Shown here one piece after another: positions 1 through 7,262 of a stretch of 29,607 nt of DNA; position 1 is the first letter of the stretch, and every line of letters begins with the position of its first letter. The stretch lies in IMG/VR virus record IMGVR_UViG_3300045988_163197. One strand, written 5' to 3'. Position numbers and translations under genes: made by a program. The notes beneath the pieces were generated by a model, which saw nothing but the letters and a program-made list of their open reading frames with translations, did no database searches and was not told the origin of the DNA. The stretch is from a virus.

Positions 1-55
1 TTATAAGGAGTGAAAAAATGAATGAAAATAAAATAATAATACATATAATCGACGT
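1..55. repeat. Terminal overlap, copy 1 (identical to 29553-29607). Marks circular closure or terminal redundancy; unit genome 29,552 bp.
   Basis: 55/55 nt identical by direct reading. The ORF that starts at 18 restarts at 29570. Confidence 0.95.
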
Positions 56-206
56 TGACGAGGAAACTGCGCTTGAATGTGTTAGACAATGTGTTTCGTC
101 GGAATACAAAGATTGTGTATGGAGTTTTACAAAAATGAGTGAGCGTATAATTGTATTTGACACGCAAAACAAGAAAAGCGTGAAATACACGGTTTATAAG
201 GAGTGA
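18..206 (+). CDS. hypothetical 62-aa protein between the two methyltransferase genes
   Basis: ORF track. AAGGAG lies upstream of the ATG within TTATAAGGAGTGAAAAAATG. Confidence 0.7.
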   Translation: MNENKIIIHIIDVDEETALECVRQCVSSEYKDCVWSFTKMSERIIVFDTQNKKSVKYTVYKE

Positions 207-210
207 AAGA

Positions 211-1305
211 ATGAACGAACAAGTAGCATTATGGGATATTGACGAAACACTTACAGATTATAAGGCAATCAAATCTACCGATTGGAAATGGAATATGGCG
301 ACTGATTATCCTGCAAAAAACGGGATTACTGCGTTCTCATGCTTTGCGTGCGGTGGTGGCAGCACAATGGGATATAAATTATGCGGGGTTGACGTTCTCG
401 GTTGTTGCGAAATAGACAAGAAGATGAACGACGTATATGTTGCAAATCATCACCCGAAATATAACTACCTTATGGATATTCGCAAATTCAACGAACTTGA
501 AGATTTGCCCGAAGAACTTTTCAACCTTGATATTCTTGACGGTTCACCGCCTTGTACAACATTCTCAATGGCTGGCGAAAGAGAAGATAGTTGGGGAAAG
601 AAAAAGAAATTCCGCGAGGGACAAGCCGAGCAAACTCTTGATGATTTATCTTTCGTTTTCATTGATACAGTCGCAAAACTTCGTCCGAAAACGGTAATTA
701 TGGAAAATGTTGAGGGACTATTATTGGGCAACGCATATAAATATGTTGAGAAAATATATGCAAGGTTCAAAGAAATAGGATATACGGTGAGGCATTGGCT
801 GTTAAAGGGCGAAAATATGGGCGTTCCGCAAACAAGACATAGAGTGTTTTTTGTCGCAACAAGACTTGATTTTGACTTGTCAAATATTGACCTTATATTC
901 AATTATGAGCCGATTACATATGGGGATATTATGACAGGACAGCACGCTGTTGAGAATGGCAAAGTGGCAGAAGTTGCAAAACTGTCAAGCAAAGAAGATA
1001 AACTCCTTAGCGATACAATGATGAGGCTATATAATAAAAATACATATTTTAGTGAACGTATTGTTTACAGAAACAAAATATGTCCTACGATTGTTGCAGG
1101 AGCAAGCGATATATGGATTGAGAATTGGGGGGCGAAAATTAACCAAAATGAAATCATAAATGCACAAACATTCCCACAAGATTATAATTATAGCGGGCAA
1201 AAACCTAAATATATATGCGGTATGAGCGTTCCGCCGATTATGATAAAAAGACTTATGACAAGGCTCATTGAGAGTGGGTTATATAATTATAAACTCAATA
1301 GATAA
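211..1305 (+). CDS. DNA (cytosine-5)-methyltransferase
   Basis: C5-MTase motifs in canonical order: FACGGGSTMGY (I), GSPPCTTFS (IV, catalytic Pro-Cys), ENVEGL (VI), QTRHRVFFVA (VIII), FPQDY (IX), GMSVPP (X). Strong RBS. Confidence 0.92.
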   Translation: MNEQVALWDIDETLTDYKAIKSTDWKWNMATDYPAKNGITAFSCFACGGGSTMGYKLCGVDVLGCCEIDKKMNDVYVANHHPKYNYLMDIRKFNELEDLPEELFNLDILDGSPPCTTFSMAGEREDSWGKKKKFREGQAEQTLDDLSFVFIDTVAKLRPKTVIMENVEGLLLGNAYKYVEKIYARFKEIGYTVRHWLLKGENMGVPQTRHRVFFVATRLDFDLSNIDLIFNYEPITYGDIMTGQHAVENGKVAEVAKLSSKEDKLLSDTMMRLYNKNTYFSERIVYRNKICPTIVAGASDIWIENWGAKINQNEIINAQTFPQDYNYSGQKPKYICGMSVPPIMIKRLMTRLIESGLYNYKLNR

Positions 1306-1433
1306 GCAATGCACCGTCGGGGCGGCGGCGGCGTAAATACACAACAACGTAATAAAATAACACCCTTTGTCGGGAAACCGCCCTTTCTCGGCTGACAAAA
1401 AAGGACTTTACAAAACAACGGGAGTGTGATATA

Positions 1434-1625
1434 ATGAGTAAATCAAGAGCGAACGAACTATTACAGGAACTACATTCTAACCTTACGGCGAATTGGACGG
1501 GGAAAGCACGCTTCTCGTCGTCGGAAGCAATAAAGATGTGTCGGGAGATAATCAATGAATACGATAACGATGATAGTAATCGGAATAACACTGCTGATAG
1601 TGTTTCCGATGTTGGCGAATTATGA
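1434..1625 (+). CDS. hypothetical 63-aa protein
   Basis: ORF track. GGGAG about 10 nt upstream. The stop overlaps the next start (ATGA). Confidence 0.55.
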   Translation: MSKSRANELLQELHSNLTANWTGKARFSSSEAIKMCREIINEYDNDDSNRNNTADSVSDVGEL

Positions 1626-1888
1626 CTGATTTTGAAGAAAAGTGGAAAGAATACCGTAATCGGGCGATACAGGCATTAGGAACGGCGATTATAATCACCT
1701 TGATAGTTGTGGCGAACATCGGTCTTATAGCGTGCATAGGGCGTTTATCGGCGCAACAGACAAAGTATCTTCTGTATGCTCAATGCGGACTTGTGGATAT
1801 ACTCGGGTGCGTGGGAATGATACACTGCTATCACTACTTTGACAAATGGAAGGAGAAGAAGAAAAATGGGAATGATAAAAATAAATGA
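1622..1888 (+). CDS. small membrane protein (two hydrophobic helices)
   Basis: ORF track. Hydrophobic stretches AIIITLIVVANIGLIACIG and GLVDILGCVGMI. ATGA coupling to the upstream gene. Confidence 0.6.
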   Translation: MTDFEEKWKEYRNRAIQALGTAIIITLIVVANIGLIACIGRLSAQQTKYLLYAQCGLVDILGCVGMIHCYHYFDKWKEKKKNGNDKNK

Positions 1889-2048
1889 CGGCAGGGTGAT
1901 TGTGGCAATTCCGTCGATGCGGAAAATCGGGGACAGTAAGTGGGCGGTTTATTTTATGGAAGATAACCAACTTTACACCGCGATATATTACACGGAAGAA
2001 AAGGCTCGGCACAGATACGAAAAGGAACTTGAAAAATGCACTCGATAA
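1866..2048 (+). CDS. hypothetical 60-aa protein (start trimmed from ORF-track 1839)
   Basis: AGGAG at 1851-1855, 10 nt before ATG 1866. The stop lies inside the terminator hairpin. Confidence 0.5.
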   Translation: MGMIKINDGRVIVAIPSMRKIGDSKWAVYFMEDNQLYTAIYYTEEKARHRYEKELEKCTR

Positions 2049-2064
2049 CGGGTGTGTTTTTTTT
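2039..2064 (+). terminator. intrinsic terminator
   Basis: Stem CACTCG / CGGGTG (one G-U pair), loop ATAA, followed by TGTTTTTTTT. Confidence 0.6.
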
Positions 2065-2077
2065 GTGCGAAAAATTT

Positions 2078-2140
2078 TTGAAAAAACTTTGAAAAAAATA
2101 TTGAAAAACTATTGACAACGGGACGGCGGGGGTGTATAAT
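2078..2140 (+). promoter_or_regulatory. early promoter with phased upstream TTGAAAAA repeats
   Basis: TTGACA (2112-2117), 17 nt spacer, TATAAT (2135-2140). TTGAAAAA starts at 2078, 2089 and 2101, an 11-12 bp phasing. Confidence 0.75.
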
Positions 2141-2184
2141 GTAACTATAAAGATTAAGAAAGGCGCAAGCCAAAGGAGAAAGAT

Positions 2185-2352
2185 ATGAACGCGAGAGAAT
2201 TAGCGGAAAAACACGGCGTGAGCCATACGCTTATCTATAATATGGCGAAGAAACTCGGCAGACTGCCGACGGACGAAGAAATTGAAAACCGCAACCGCAA
2301 GACGGGAAGACCGCAGAAGTACAGGAGTATCGAAGATGAAGACGGAAAATAG
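2185..2352 (+). CDS. small helix-turn-helix DNA-binding protein, 55 aa (below the ORF-track cutoff)
   Basis: My own translation: MNARELAEKHGVSHTLIYNMAKKLGRLPTDEEIENRNRKTGRPQKYRSIEDEDGK. AAAGGAG lies 7 nt upstream. It is the first gene after the consensus promoter. RELAEKHGVSHTLIYNMAKK looks like an HTH. Confidence 0.65.
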   Translation: MNARELAEKHGVSHTLIYNMAKKLGRLPTDEEIENRNRKTGRPQKYRSIEDEDGK

Positions 2353-2503
2353 TTGCTATAACTGCCCAAACAGAAAGGAAGCGTGCCACGATAATTGCGA
2401 AGTCTATAAGGCGTGGAAAGCCGAGTATCAGCGCAAGGAAAAGGAAGAAACGAAGACACGCAAAGCGTATTACAACTACGTCTATTATAGGAGTAAGGAC
2501 TGA
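2336..2503 (+). CDS. small Cys-rich protein, 55 aa (start trimmed from TTG 2282)
   Basis: AGGAG at 2323-2327, 8 nt before ATG 2336. Contains CYNCPNRKEACHDNC. Confidence 0.55.
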   Translation: MKTENSCYNCPNRKEACHDNCEVYKAWKAEYQRKEKEETKTRKAYYNYVYYRSKD

Positions 2504-2676
2504 TGTACACGGTATATTGCGGAAGAGTATGTTGTAATTTCAGCAAATTAAGCGATGCGGACTATTTTGCGAGAAAGAACGGCACAGTGGTGTTCGGCAT
2601 TGCGAGAACAGAAAACGACAAAGGAGTGAAAAATGAAAATGGTAAAGAGTACAGAATTGACGGACGCGTTCTATGA
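2503..2676 (+). CDS. possible 57-aa ORF (not in the ORF track)
   Basis: TGATG coupling to the upstream gene. AGGAG at 2489-2493. It overlaps the next well-supported gene by 44 nt, so support is weak. Confidence 0.3.
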   Translation: MYTVYCGRVCCNFSKLSDADYFARKNGTVVFGIARTENDKGVKNENGKEYRIDGRVL

Positions 2677-2965
2677 TTATTGGAGCGACGGCGAAAAGGT
2701 GGAATTCCTTGAAGCACTTGACGGGGCGATTGCCGAGATAGAAGAACTGGGCTTCGAAACCTACGCAAAGAGAACCCTTGCGAAACTCAAAGAGATGCGA
2801 GAGTATTGCAAAGAAGAGATTAAGGAAGAAGCGGAATTCGAGGGTGTTTGCCCTTATTGCGGAGAGTATCTGGAATATGACGATGCAAGTGGAGAATATG
2901 AGTGCCACGAGTGTGGATACGGCGGCGGATATGTGCCAAACGAAGACAGACTTGAAGATTACTGA
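2633..2965 (+). CDS. acidic zinc-ribbon protein, 110 aa
   Basis: AAAGGAGTGAAAAATG start context. CPYCG...CHECG Cys4 pair. Confidence 0.75.
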   Translation: MKMVKSTELTDAFYDYWSDGEKVEFLEALDGAIAEIEELGFETYAKRTLAKLKEMREYCKEEIKEEAEFEGVCPYCGEYLEYDDASGEYECHECGYGGGYVPNEDRLEDY

Positions 2966-3137
2966 CGAACTTCCAACCGCTGACGACCTTATCGAACTTA
3001 TCGAAACCTTGAAGGTAGTTAAGGCGGAGAAGATAGCAAGGCTTGAACGATATATTGAGTATCGTGAACAAAGAAACAAACACGACCGCGAAGACATAGA
3101 ACGGTTGAAACAATACTTAAAGGAGTGCAAAAAATGA
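2931..3137 (+). CDS. small coiled-coil protein (start uncertain; ORF open from 2778)
   Basis: Frame-3 ORF ending in an ATGA overlap with the next gene. ATG 2931 chosen to minimise overlap; ATG 2898 is also possible. Confidence 0.45.
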   Translation: MCQTKTDLKITDELPTADDLIELIETLKVVKAEKIARLERYIEYREQRNKHDREDIERLKQYLKECKK

Positions 3138-3925
3138 AATTCAGAACATTGAAAGAAGATGAAATCGAGTGCCGAGTGGGGCAGATAAGCGCAAAGGGCT
3201 TTACGCTTTTGTTGTACAAGAACGCAAGGGTAGATATGGACTTGCTGGACGAGACCGTTGGCGCGGGAAATTGGCAACGCGACCACAAAGAACTCAAAGG
3301 CAACATCTATTGCGGAGTATCCATTTGGGACGAAACCAAAAAGCAATGGATAACCAAATGGGACTGCGGAACGGAGAGCAACACCGAAAAGGAAAAAGGC
3401 GAAGCATCTGACAGTTTCAAGCGCGCGTGTGTGAATGTGGGCATCGGCAGAGAACTCTACACATCGCCGTTCGTATGGATAAGCGACCACGTTAAGGAAC
3501 GCAACGGCAAGTATGTTCCTGACATAAGAAATATGAAAGTGCAGGAGATAGGCTACACCGACGACCGCAAGATAAACCGACTTGTCATTATCGGCGACGG
3601 CGAAGTTATATTCGAGTACGGCAAGGAAACGCCGAAAAAGGCGGCTAAAACCGATGAAACGCCGAAGACCGATAAATGGAGCGAAGAAGAACGAAAGGTG
3701 TTTGAAATGGGCGAATTTACCGAACAGAACATCGGATATATCAAGACCGTGGAGTTGAAGTACGACAATCGTTACAACGGAAAGACCGTCGGAGACCTGA
3801 CGTATGAAGAGATTATCGACCTTATCGGCACGACAAAAAGTCAGTGGTTGAAAGACAGATTGTGTACTTACAGAGATTTTTTAGCGCAGACGCGCATCGT
3901 GGGCGAAGAAGAAACGCCGTTTTAA
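3134..3925 (+). CDS. Rad52/Sak-like single-strand annealing protein
   Basis: AAGGAG at 3120-3125 before ATG 3134 (ORF-track GTG 3125 rejected). The N-terminal half with SDSFKRACVNVGIGRELY resembles the Rad52/Sak (DUF1071-type) signature. Confidence 0.7.
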   Translation: MKFRTLKEDEIECRVGQISAKGFTLLLYKNARVDMDLLDETVGAGNWQRDHKELKGNIYCGVSIWDETKKQWITKWDCGTESNTEKEKGEASDSFKRACVNVGIGRELYTSPFVWISDHVKERNGKYVPDIRNMKVQEIGYTDDRKINRLVIIGDGEVIFEYGKETPKKAAKTDETPKTDKWSEEERKVFEMGEFTEQNIGYIKTVELKYDNRYNGKTVGDLTYEEIIDLIGTTKSQWLKDRLCTYRDFLAQTRIVGEEETPF

Positions 3926-3928
3926 TCT

Positions 3929-4447
3929 ATGATAGAATTCACAAGTAAAAAACCGAAGTTATCAATAAGCCTTGACGGGGCGGTCGAAGTAACGTTCACC
4001 GCTCCGAGAGCGAAACTCGAAGCCTTAACCAACCTTGCGGACAAAGACTTTGACATCACCGTTAAGCAACACCGAGAGAAACGAAGCCTTGATGCAAATG
4101 CGTATGCGTGGGTTTTAATCACGGCGATTGCGGACGAACTGCGGGCGAGCAAAGACGAGATTTACTTTGATATGTTGAAGAAGTACGGACAAGGCGAACT
4201 CATAAGCGTTAAGACGGGTATCGACATAAGCGGGTTCGTTAAGTATTGGGAAATCGCAGGGTACGGAAAGGTCAACGGTGTCGAGTTTACGCATTACAGA
4301 GTTTACAAAGGCTCGTCAGAGTACGACACAAGAGAGATGAGTATCTTCCTTTCAGGAATTGTCGAAGAAGCACAAGCGTTGGGCATAGACACGAGAACGC
4401 CCGAAGAGTTGGCGGAAATGAAATCTTTATGGGAGCAGGGAAAATGA
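3929..4447 (+). CDS. NinB/Orf-like recombination mediator
   Basis: KRSLDANAYAWVLI resembles lambda NinB NRSLDQNRKLWACL. The C-terminal SSEYDTREMSIFLSGIVEEAQALGI resembles the NinB TSRM...ELIQAFG region. Adjacent to the annealase. Confidence 0.55.
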   Translation: MIEFTSKKPKLSISLDGAVEVTFTAPRAKLEALTNLADKDFDITVKQHREKRSLDANAYAWVLITAIADELRASKDEIYFDMLKKYGQGELISVKTGIDISGFVKYWEIAGYGKVNGVEFTHYRVYKGSSEYDTREMSIFLSGIVEEAQALGIDTRTPEELAEMKSLWEQGK

Positions 4448-5046
4448 ACAATAAGCAACGATACGCCATATTGAAGAAAAACAAAGAACAGTGGTTGAAG
4501 TATTATTCAATTAAAGACGAGAGCGGAATATATATCCTTACGAGATACGACGACAACGGTTTTAAGTTTGCTTATGTGGGGCAGGCAAAAAAGGTGCTTA
4601 CAAGGCTTGCAGAGCATCCTATGGGATATAAGCAACACATAGACTTTTCTTTGCGCAAGCACGGCATCGGCGCACCGTTCGCAAAGGATGACAAATGGAA
4701 ATGCGAGAAAGTCTTTTATTGTCCCGAAGCCGAACTCAACGATTTGGAGCAAGAGTGGATACGCAAGTGCCACGAACTCGGTTATCAGTTGCTGAATAAA
4801 ACGACAGGAAGTCAAGGGCAAGGCAAGCAGGCATTAGGCGAGCAAAAGCCCGCAAAAGGCTATTACGACGGCATAAAGCAAGGGCGCAAGAAAGTAATCG
4901 ACGAGATAAATAACAGGCTTACAAAGGGCGAAATTCGGCTTGTAATCGAATGCCCGAACAAACGCAAGGAACAACACCTTGCTAAACTTATGGAAATATT
5001 GGGGGAAAACGAAAATGAAGATACGGAATACAGCGGAGATTGTTAA
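4444..5046 (+). CDS. GIY-YIG domain nuclease (start trimmed to ATG 4444, ATGA overlap)
   Basis: GIYILTR ... YVGQAKKVLTRLAEH ... EQEWIRK...LLNK follows the GIY-YIG pattern. Confidence 0.7.
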   Translation: MNNKQRYAILKKNKEQWLKYYSIKDESGIYILTRYDDNGFKFAYVGQAKKVLTRLAEHPMGYKQHIDFSLRKHGIGAPFAKDDKWKCEKVFYCPEAELNDLEQEWIRKCHELGYQLLNKTTGSQGQGKQALGEQKPAKGYYDGIKQGRKKVIDEINNRLTKGEIRLVIECPNKRKEQHLAKLMEILGENENEDTEYSGDC

Positions 5047-5314
5047 AGAGATTTTGGAGCAAAAGCCGAGAGCAAGGGACTGCGATTTTGTCCTTTATGG
5101 GTTCGTTCTGAACAAGTACGGATATTCTGTTAGCATCCCGTTCAACGAGTTGGCGAATTTAGTCAAGGCGGAAGAATTGCCGTCAATGGAAACCGTGGGA
5201 CGAGCGAGAAGAAAGGTTATGGAACTCTATCCGTCATTGCGTGGCGATAGTTACAAGGTCAGAATTGACAACACAGCGGAGTACATAGAATTCGCACAGG
5301 ATAAAAGCGTATGA
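5015..5314 (+). CDS. hypothetical 99-aa protein
   Basis: GGGGG 9 nt before ATG 5015. The ORF-track start at 4979 has no RBS. Confidence 0.55.
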   Translation: MKIRNTAEIVKEILEQKPRARDCDFVLYGFVLNKYGYSVSIPFNELANLVKAEELPSMETVGRARRKVMELYPSLRGDSYKVRIDNTAEYIEFAQDKSV

Positions 5315-5601
5315 AATCAATAATTCAAGGCGATAGCGAAGATAGGTGTTACATTTGCGGACGGGCGGAGTGGATAGAGCGACATCATATTTTCAACGGA
5401 ACGGCAAACAGAAAGAAGTCGGAAAAGTACGGGCTAACCGTCCACTTATGCCATTGGTGTCATAACGAGCCACCGCACGGGGTACATTACAATCAGGAAA
5501 CGGACACGCGCTTGAAGCAAATCGGGCAACAAGCGGCGATGCACGAGTACGGTTGGACGGTGGACGAGTTTCGGGAAGTGTTCGGGAAAAATTATTTATA
5601 A
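5311..5601 (+). CDS. HNH-like zinc-binding protein (putative nuclease)
   Basis: CYICG...ERHHIF...NRKKSE...LCHWCH pattern. ATGA coupling to the upstream gene. Confidence 0.55.
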   Translation: MKSIIQGDSEDRCYICGRAEWIERHHIFNGTANRKKSEKYGLTVHLCHWCHNEPPHGVHYNQETDTRLKQIGQQAAMHEYGWTVDEFREVFGKNYL

Positions 5602-5646
5602 AACTATTGAAAAACTATTGACAAACACGGGAATAGGGAGTATAAT
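5601..5646 (+). promoter_or_regulatory. early promoter, paralog of the one at 2112
   Basis: TTGACA (5618-5623), 17 nt spacer, TATAAT (5641-5646). The 17-mer TTGAAAAACTATTGACA at 5607-5623 is identical to 2101-2117. AAACTATTGA repeats at 11-bp spacing. Confidence 0.75.
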
Positions 5647-5678
5647 AAAGGTAAGAAAAGACAAAAGGGAGTACGAAA

Positions 5679-5852
5679 ATGACGAAAGAACAAAGAAAGG
5701 CAATCAAGCGCATTTGTGCGGATTATGACTTTGAAGACCTTAAAGAACTGCGGGAGTGGTTCAAAGACTTTTACGGCGACAATCTTGACCTTGACTTATG
5801 GGACAAAACCGAAGACGGACTGTACGACGAAATCACAAAAATGATAAAATAA
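5679..5852 (+). CDS. hypothetical acidic 57-aa protein (below the ORF-track cutoff)
   Basis: My own translation: MTKEQRKAIKRICADYDFEDLKELREWFKDFYGDNLDLDLWDKTEDGLYDEITKMIK. GGGAG upstream. First gene after the promoter. Confidence 0.6.
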   Translation: MTKEQRKAIKRICADYDFEDLKELREWFKDFYGDNLDLDLWDKTEDGLYDEITKMIK

Positions 5853-5862
5853 GGAGTGTAAA

Positions 5863-6099
5863 ATGAAATTAGACTATTTTGAAACTGACGGACAAAGTTA
5901 TTATGAAGCGGTAATTTGGGATAAAACAGGAAACACTCAACTTCTCGCAGAATGTTACACGACAAAAAACGAGGCAAAGAGAGCCGTTCGGAATTTCGTT
6001 AAAAACTATAAAGGAACGAAGGTTATCATTCCCGAAAATTGTTTCGTTAGACAATTCGACGAGGACGAATGTGCCATAGAAGATTATGAGGTGTACTGA
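5863..6099 (+). CDS. hypothetical 78-aa protein
   Basis: ORF track. AAGGAGTGTAAAATG start context. Confidence 0.7.
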   Translation: MKLDYFETDGQSYYEAVIWDKTGNTQLLAECYTTKNEAKRAVRNFVKNYKGTKVIIPENCFVRQFDEDECAIEDYEVY

Positions 6100-6100
6100 A

Positions 6101-6454
6101 ATGACAAAAGACGAAATTAAGAAAGGCTTGGAGTTCTGTAAAGCGGGCTGGTGCGTTATGTGTCCATACTGCAACTGTATAGGTTGTGAAGGTTTTCTAA
6201 AACAAGATGCCCTAACGCTTATAACCGAGCAAGAGAAAGAGATTGACAGGTTGAAAGCCGAAAATAAGCAACTTAAAACCGAGTGCACCTTACTTGACGA
6301 CGAACTGCGTATTGCGAGGCAAGAAACAATCGACGTGTTGAACAAGTTGAAAACGAAAGCGTTCGACAAAGACGCTTTTAACGGGTGGGCAGGCTCGACT
6401 TTTGTGGTTCTTGTCAGAGATATAGACAAGATGATTGAGGACTATGTAAAATGA
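6101..6454 (+). CDS. Cys-rich coiled-coil protein (start trimmed from 6086)
   Basis: GAGG 9 nt before ATG 6101. CKAGWCVMCPYCNCIGC cluster followed by a heptad-like region. Confidence 0.6.
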   Translation: MTKDEIKKGLEFCKAGWCVMCPYCNCIGCEGFLKQDALTLITEQEKEIDRLKAENKQLKTECTLLDDELRIARQETIDVLNKLKTKAFDKDAFNGWAGSTFVVLVRDIDKMIEDYVK

Positions 6455-7053
6455 AGTCAATATTATTGAGTATAAAACCTAAATATGTAGAACTTATAGC
6501 AAGCGGGGAAAAGATAATTGAAGTGCGGAAATCAGCACCGAAAGAAGTGCCGTTCAAGTGCTATATTTACGAAAGCAGAAATGGTGGGCATAGATGTAAA
6601 CATTGCAATGAAAAAGATAGTTGTTATTCGTATGCGCCAAAAAATGTAGGTTGCTATAACGGTAGGGGTAAAGTAATCGGTGAATTTATCTGCGATAGGA
6701 TTGAAATGGTAAATGCAAAATGTAGCGATTATGGTATTGATTTATTCTATCATGATTGTTTAACGAATGGTTGTTTAACCGAAAGAGAGATTGAAAAATA
6801 TTTTAATGTTCCAGAAGATAGAGATTTAAGAGCAATGAAAGGCAATGGTTATGTTTGGAATATATCCGACTTGAAGATTTATGATAAACCTCGTGAGTTG
6901 AGCGAGTTTAGTCGTCCTTGCTCATATAGCGGGCTTTGTTTTTCTTGTAAAAGAACGAGTTTTAAGAAAGACGGAAATCTTTTGTGTAACACAAAAATAA
7001 CCCGTCCCCCGCAATCGTGGATGCACGTTGAAGATTTAGGAGAAGAAGAATGA
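6451..7053 (+). CDS. ASCH (PUA-like) domain protein with a Cys-rich insertion
   Basis: N-terminus SIKPKYVELIASGEKIIEVRK and the C-terminal WNISDLKIYDKPRELSEF are typical of ASCH. Insertion CKHCNEKDSC...C. Confidence 0.6.
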   Translation: MKSILLSIKPKYVELIASGEKIIEVRKSAPKEVPFKCYIYESRNGGHRCKHCNEKDSCYSYAPKNVGCYNGRGKVIGEFICDRIEMVNAKCSDYGIDLFYHDCLTNGCLTEREIEKYFNVPEDRDLRAMKGNGYVWNISDLKIYDKPRELSEFSRPCSYSGLCFSCKRTSFKKDGNLLCNTKITRPPQSWMHVEDLGEEE

Positions 7054-7262
7054 AACAAATCAGAGCGTTAAGAGCGAACGGCATAACTTTGTTGGTATCC
7101 TCGGTGATAACAGCCGTATGTGTCGGGGTGTGTTGGAAGCACTTCCCGATTGCAGTGCAGGCGATATATATCTGCATATCGTTGATGTTTGCGGTGTTCG
7201 GCGGAGTAATGGTAGGACGTAGCATTTGGTTGAATAAACAAAGAAAGGAGAATAGAAGATGA
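7050..7262 (+). CDS. small two-helix membrane protein
   Basis: Hydrophobic stretches ITLLVSSVITAVCVGVCW and AIYICISLMFAVFGGVMVG. ATGA coupling. Confidence 0.65.
   Translation: MKQIRALRANGITLLVSSVITAVCVGVCWKHFPIAVQAIYICISLMFAVFGGVMVGRSIWLNKQRKENRR

Noticed and set aside
193-213. Repeated TTATAAGGAGTGAAA(A/G)AATG cassettes (1, 194, 28835, 29553; looser copies at 2620, 3118 and 5849) as att sites or mobile-element ends
   Set aside because: Each copy sits exactly at a gene start and is simply a conserved Shine-Dalgarno and spacer context. No inverted-repeat or transposase context exists.
1407-1435. Promoter-like TTTACA-17 nt-TATAAT with a TG extended -10 upstream of the 1434 gene
   Set aside because: The spacing is perfect, but the -10 hexamer (1430-1435) overlaps the ATG at 1434, so this promoter could not express that ORF as annotated. 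Either the match is fortuitous or the ORF start is wrong. I leave it unresolved rather than call it.
2540-3490. Long minus-strand ORFs: 316 aa at 2540-3490, 186 aa at 5869-6429, 252 aa at 10943-11701, 210 aa at 18390-19022, 198 aa at 24748-25344
   Set aside because: These are shadow ORFs antisense to well-supported + strand genes. Their products are low-complexity and S/F/L/R-rich, there is no SD at their starts, and no promoter is seen.
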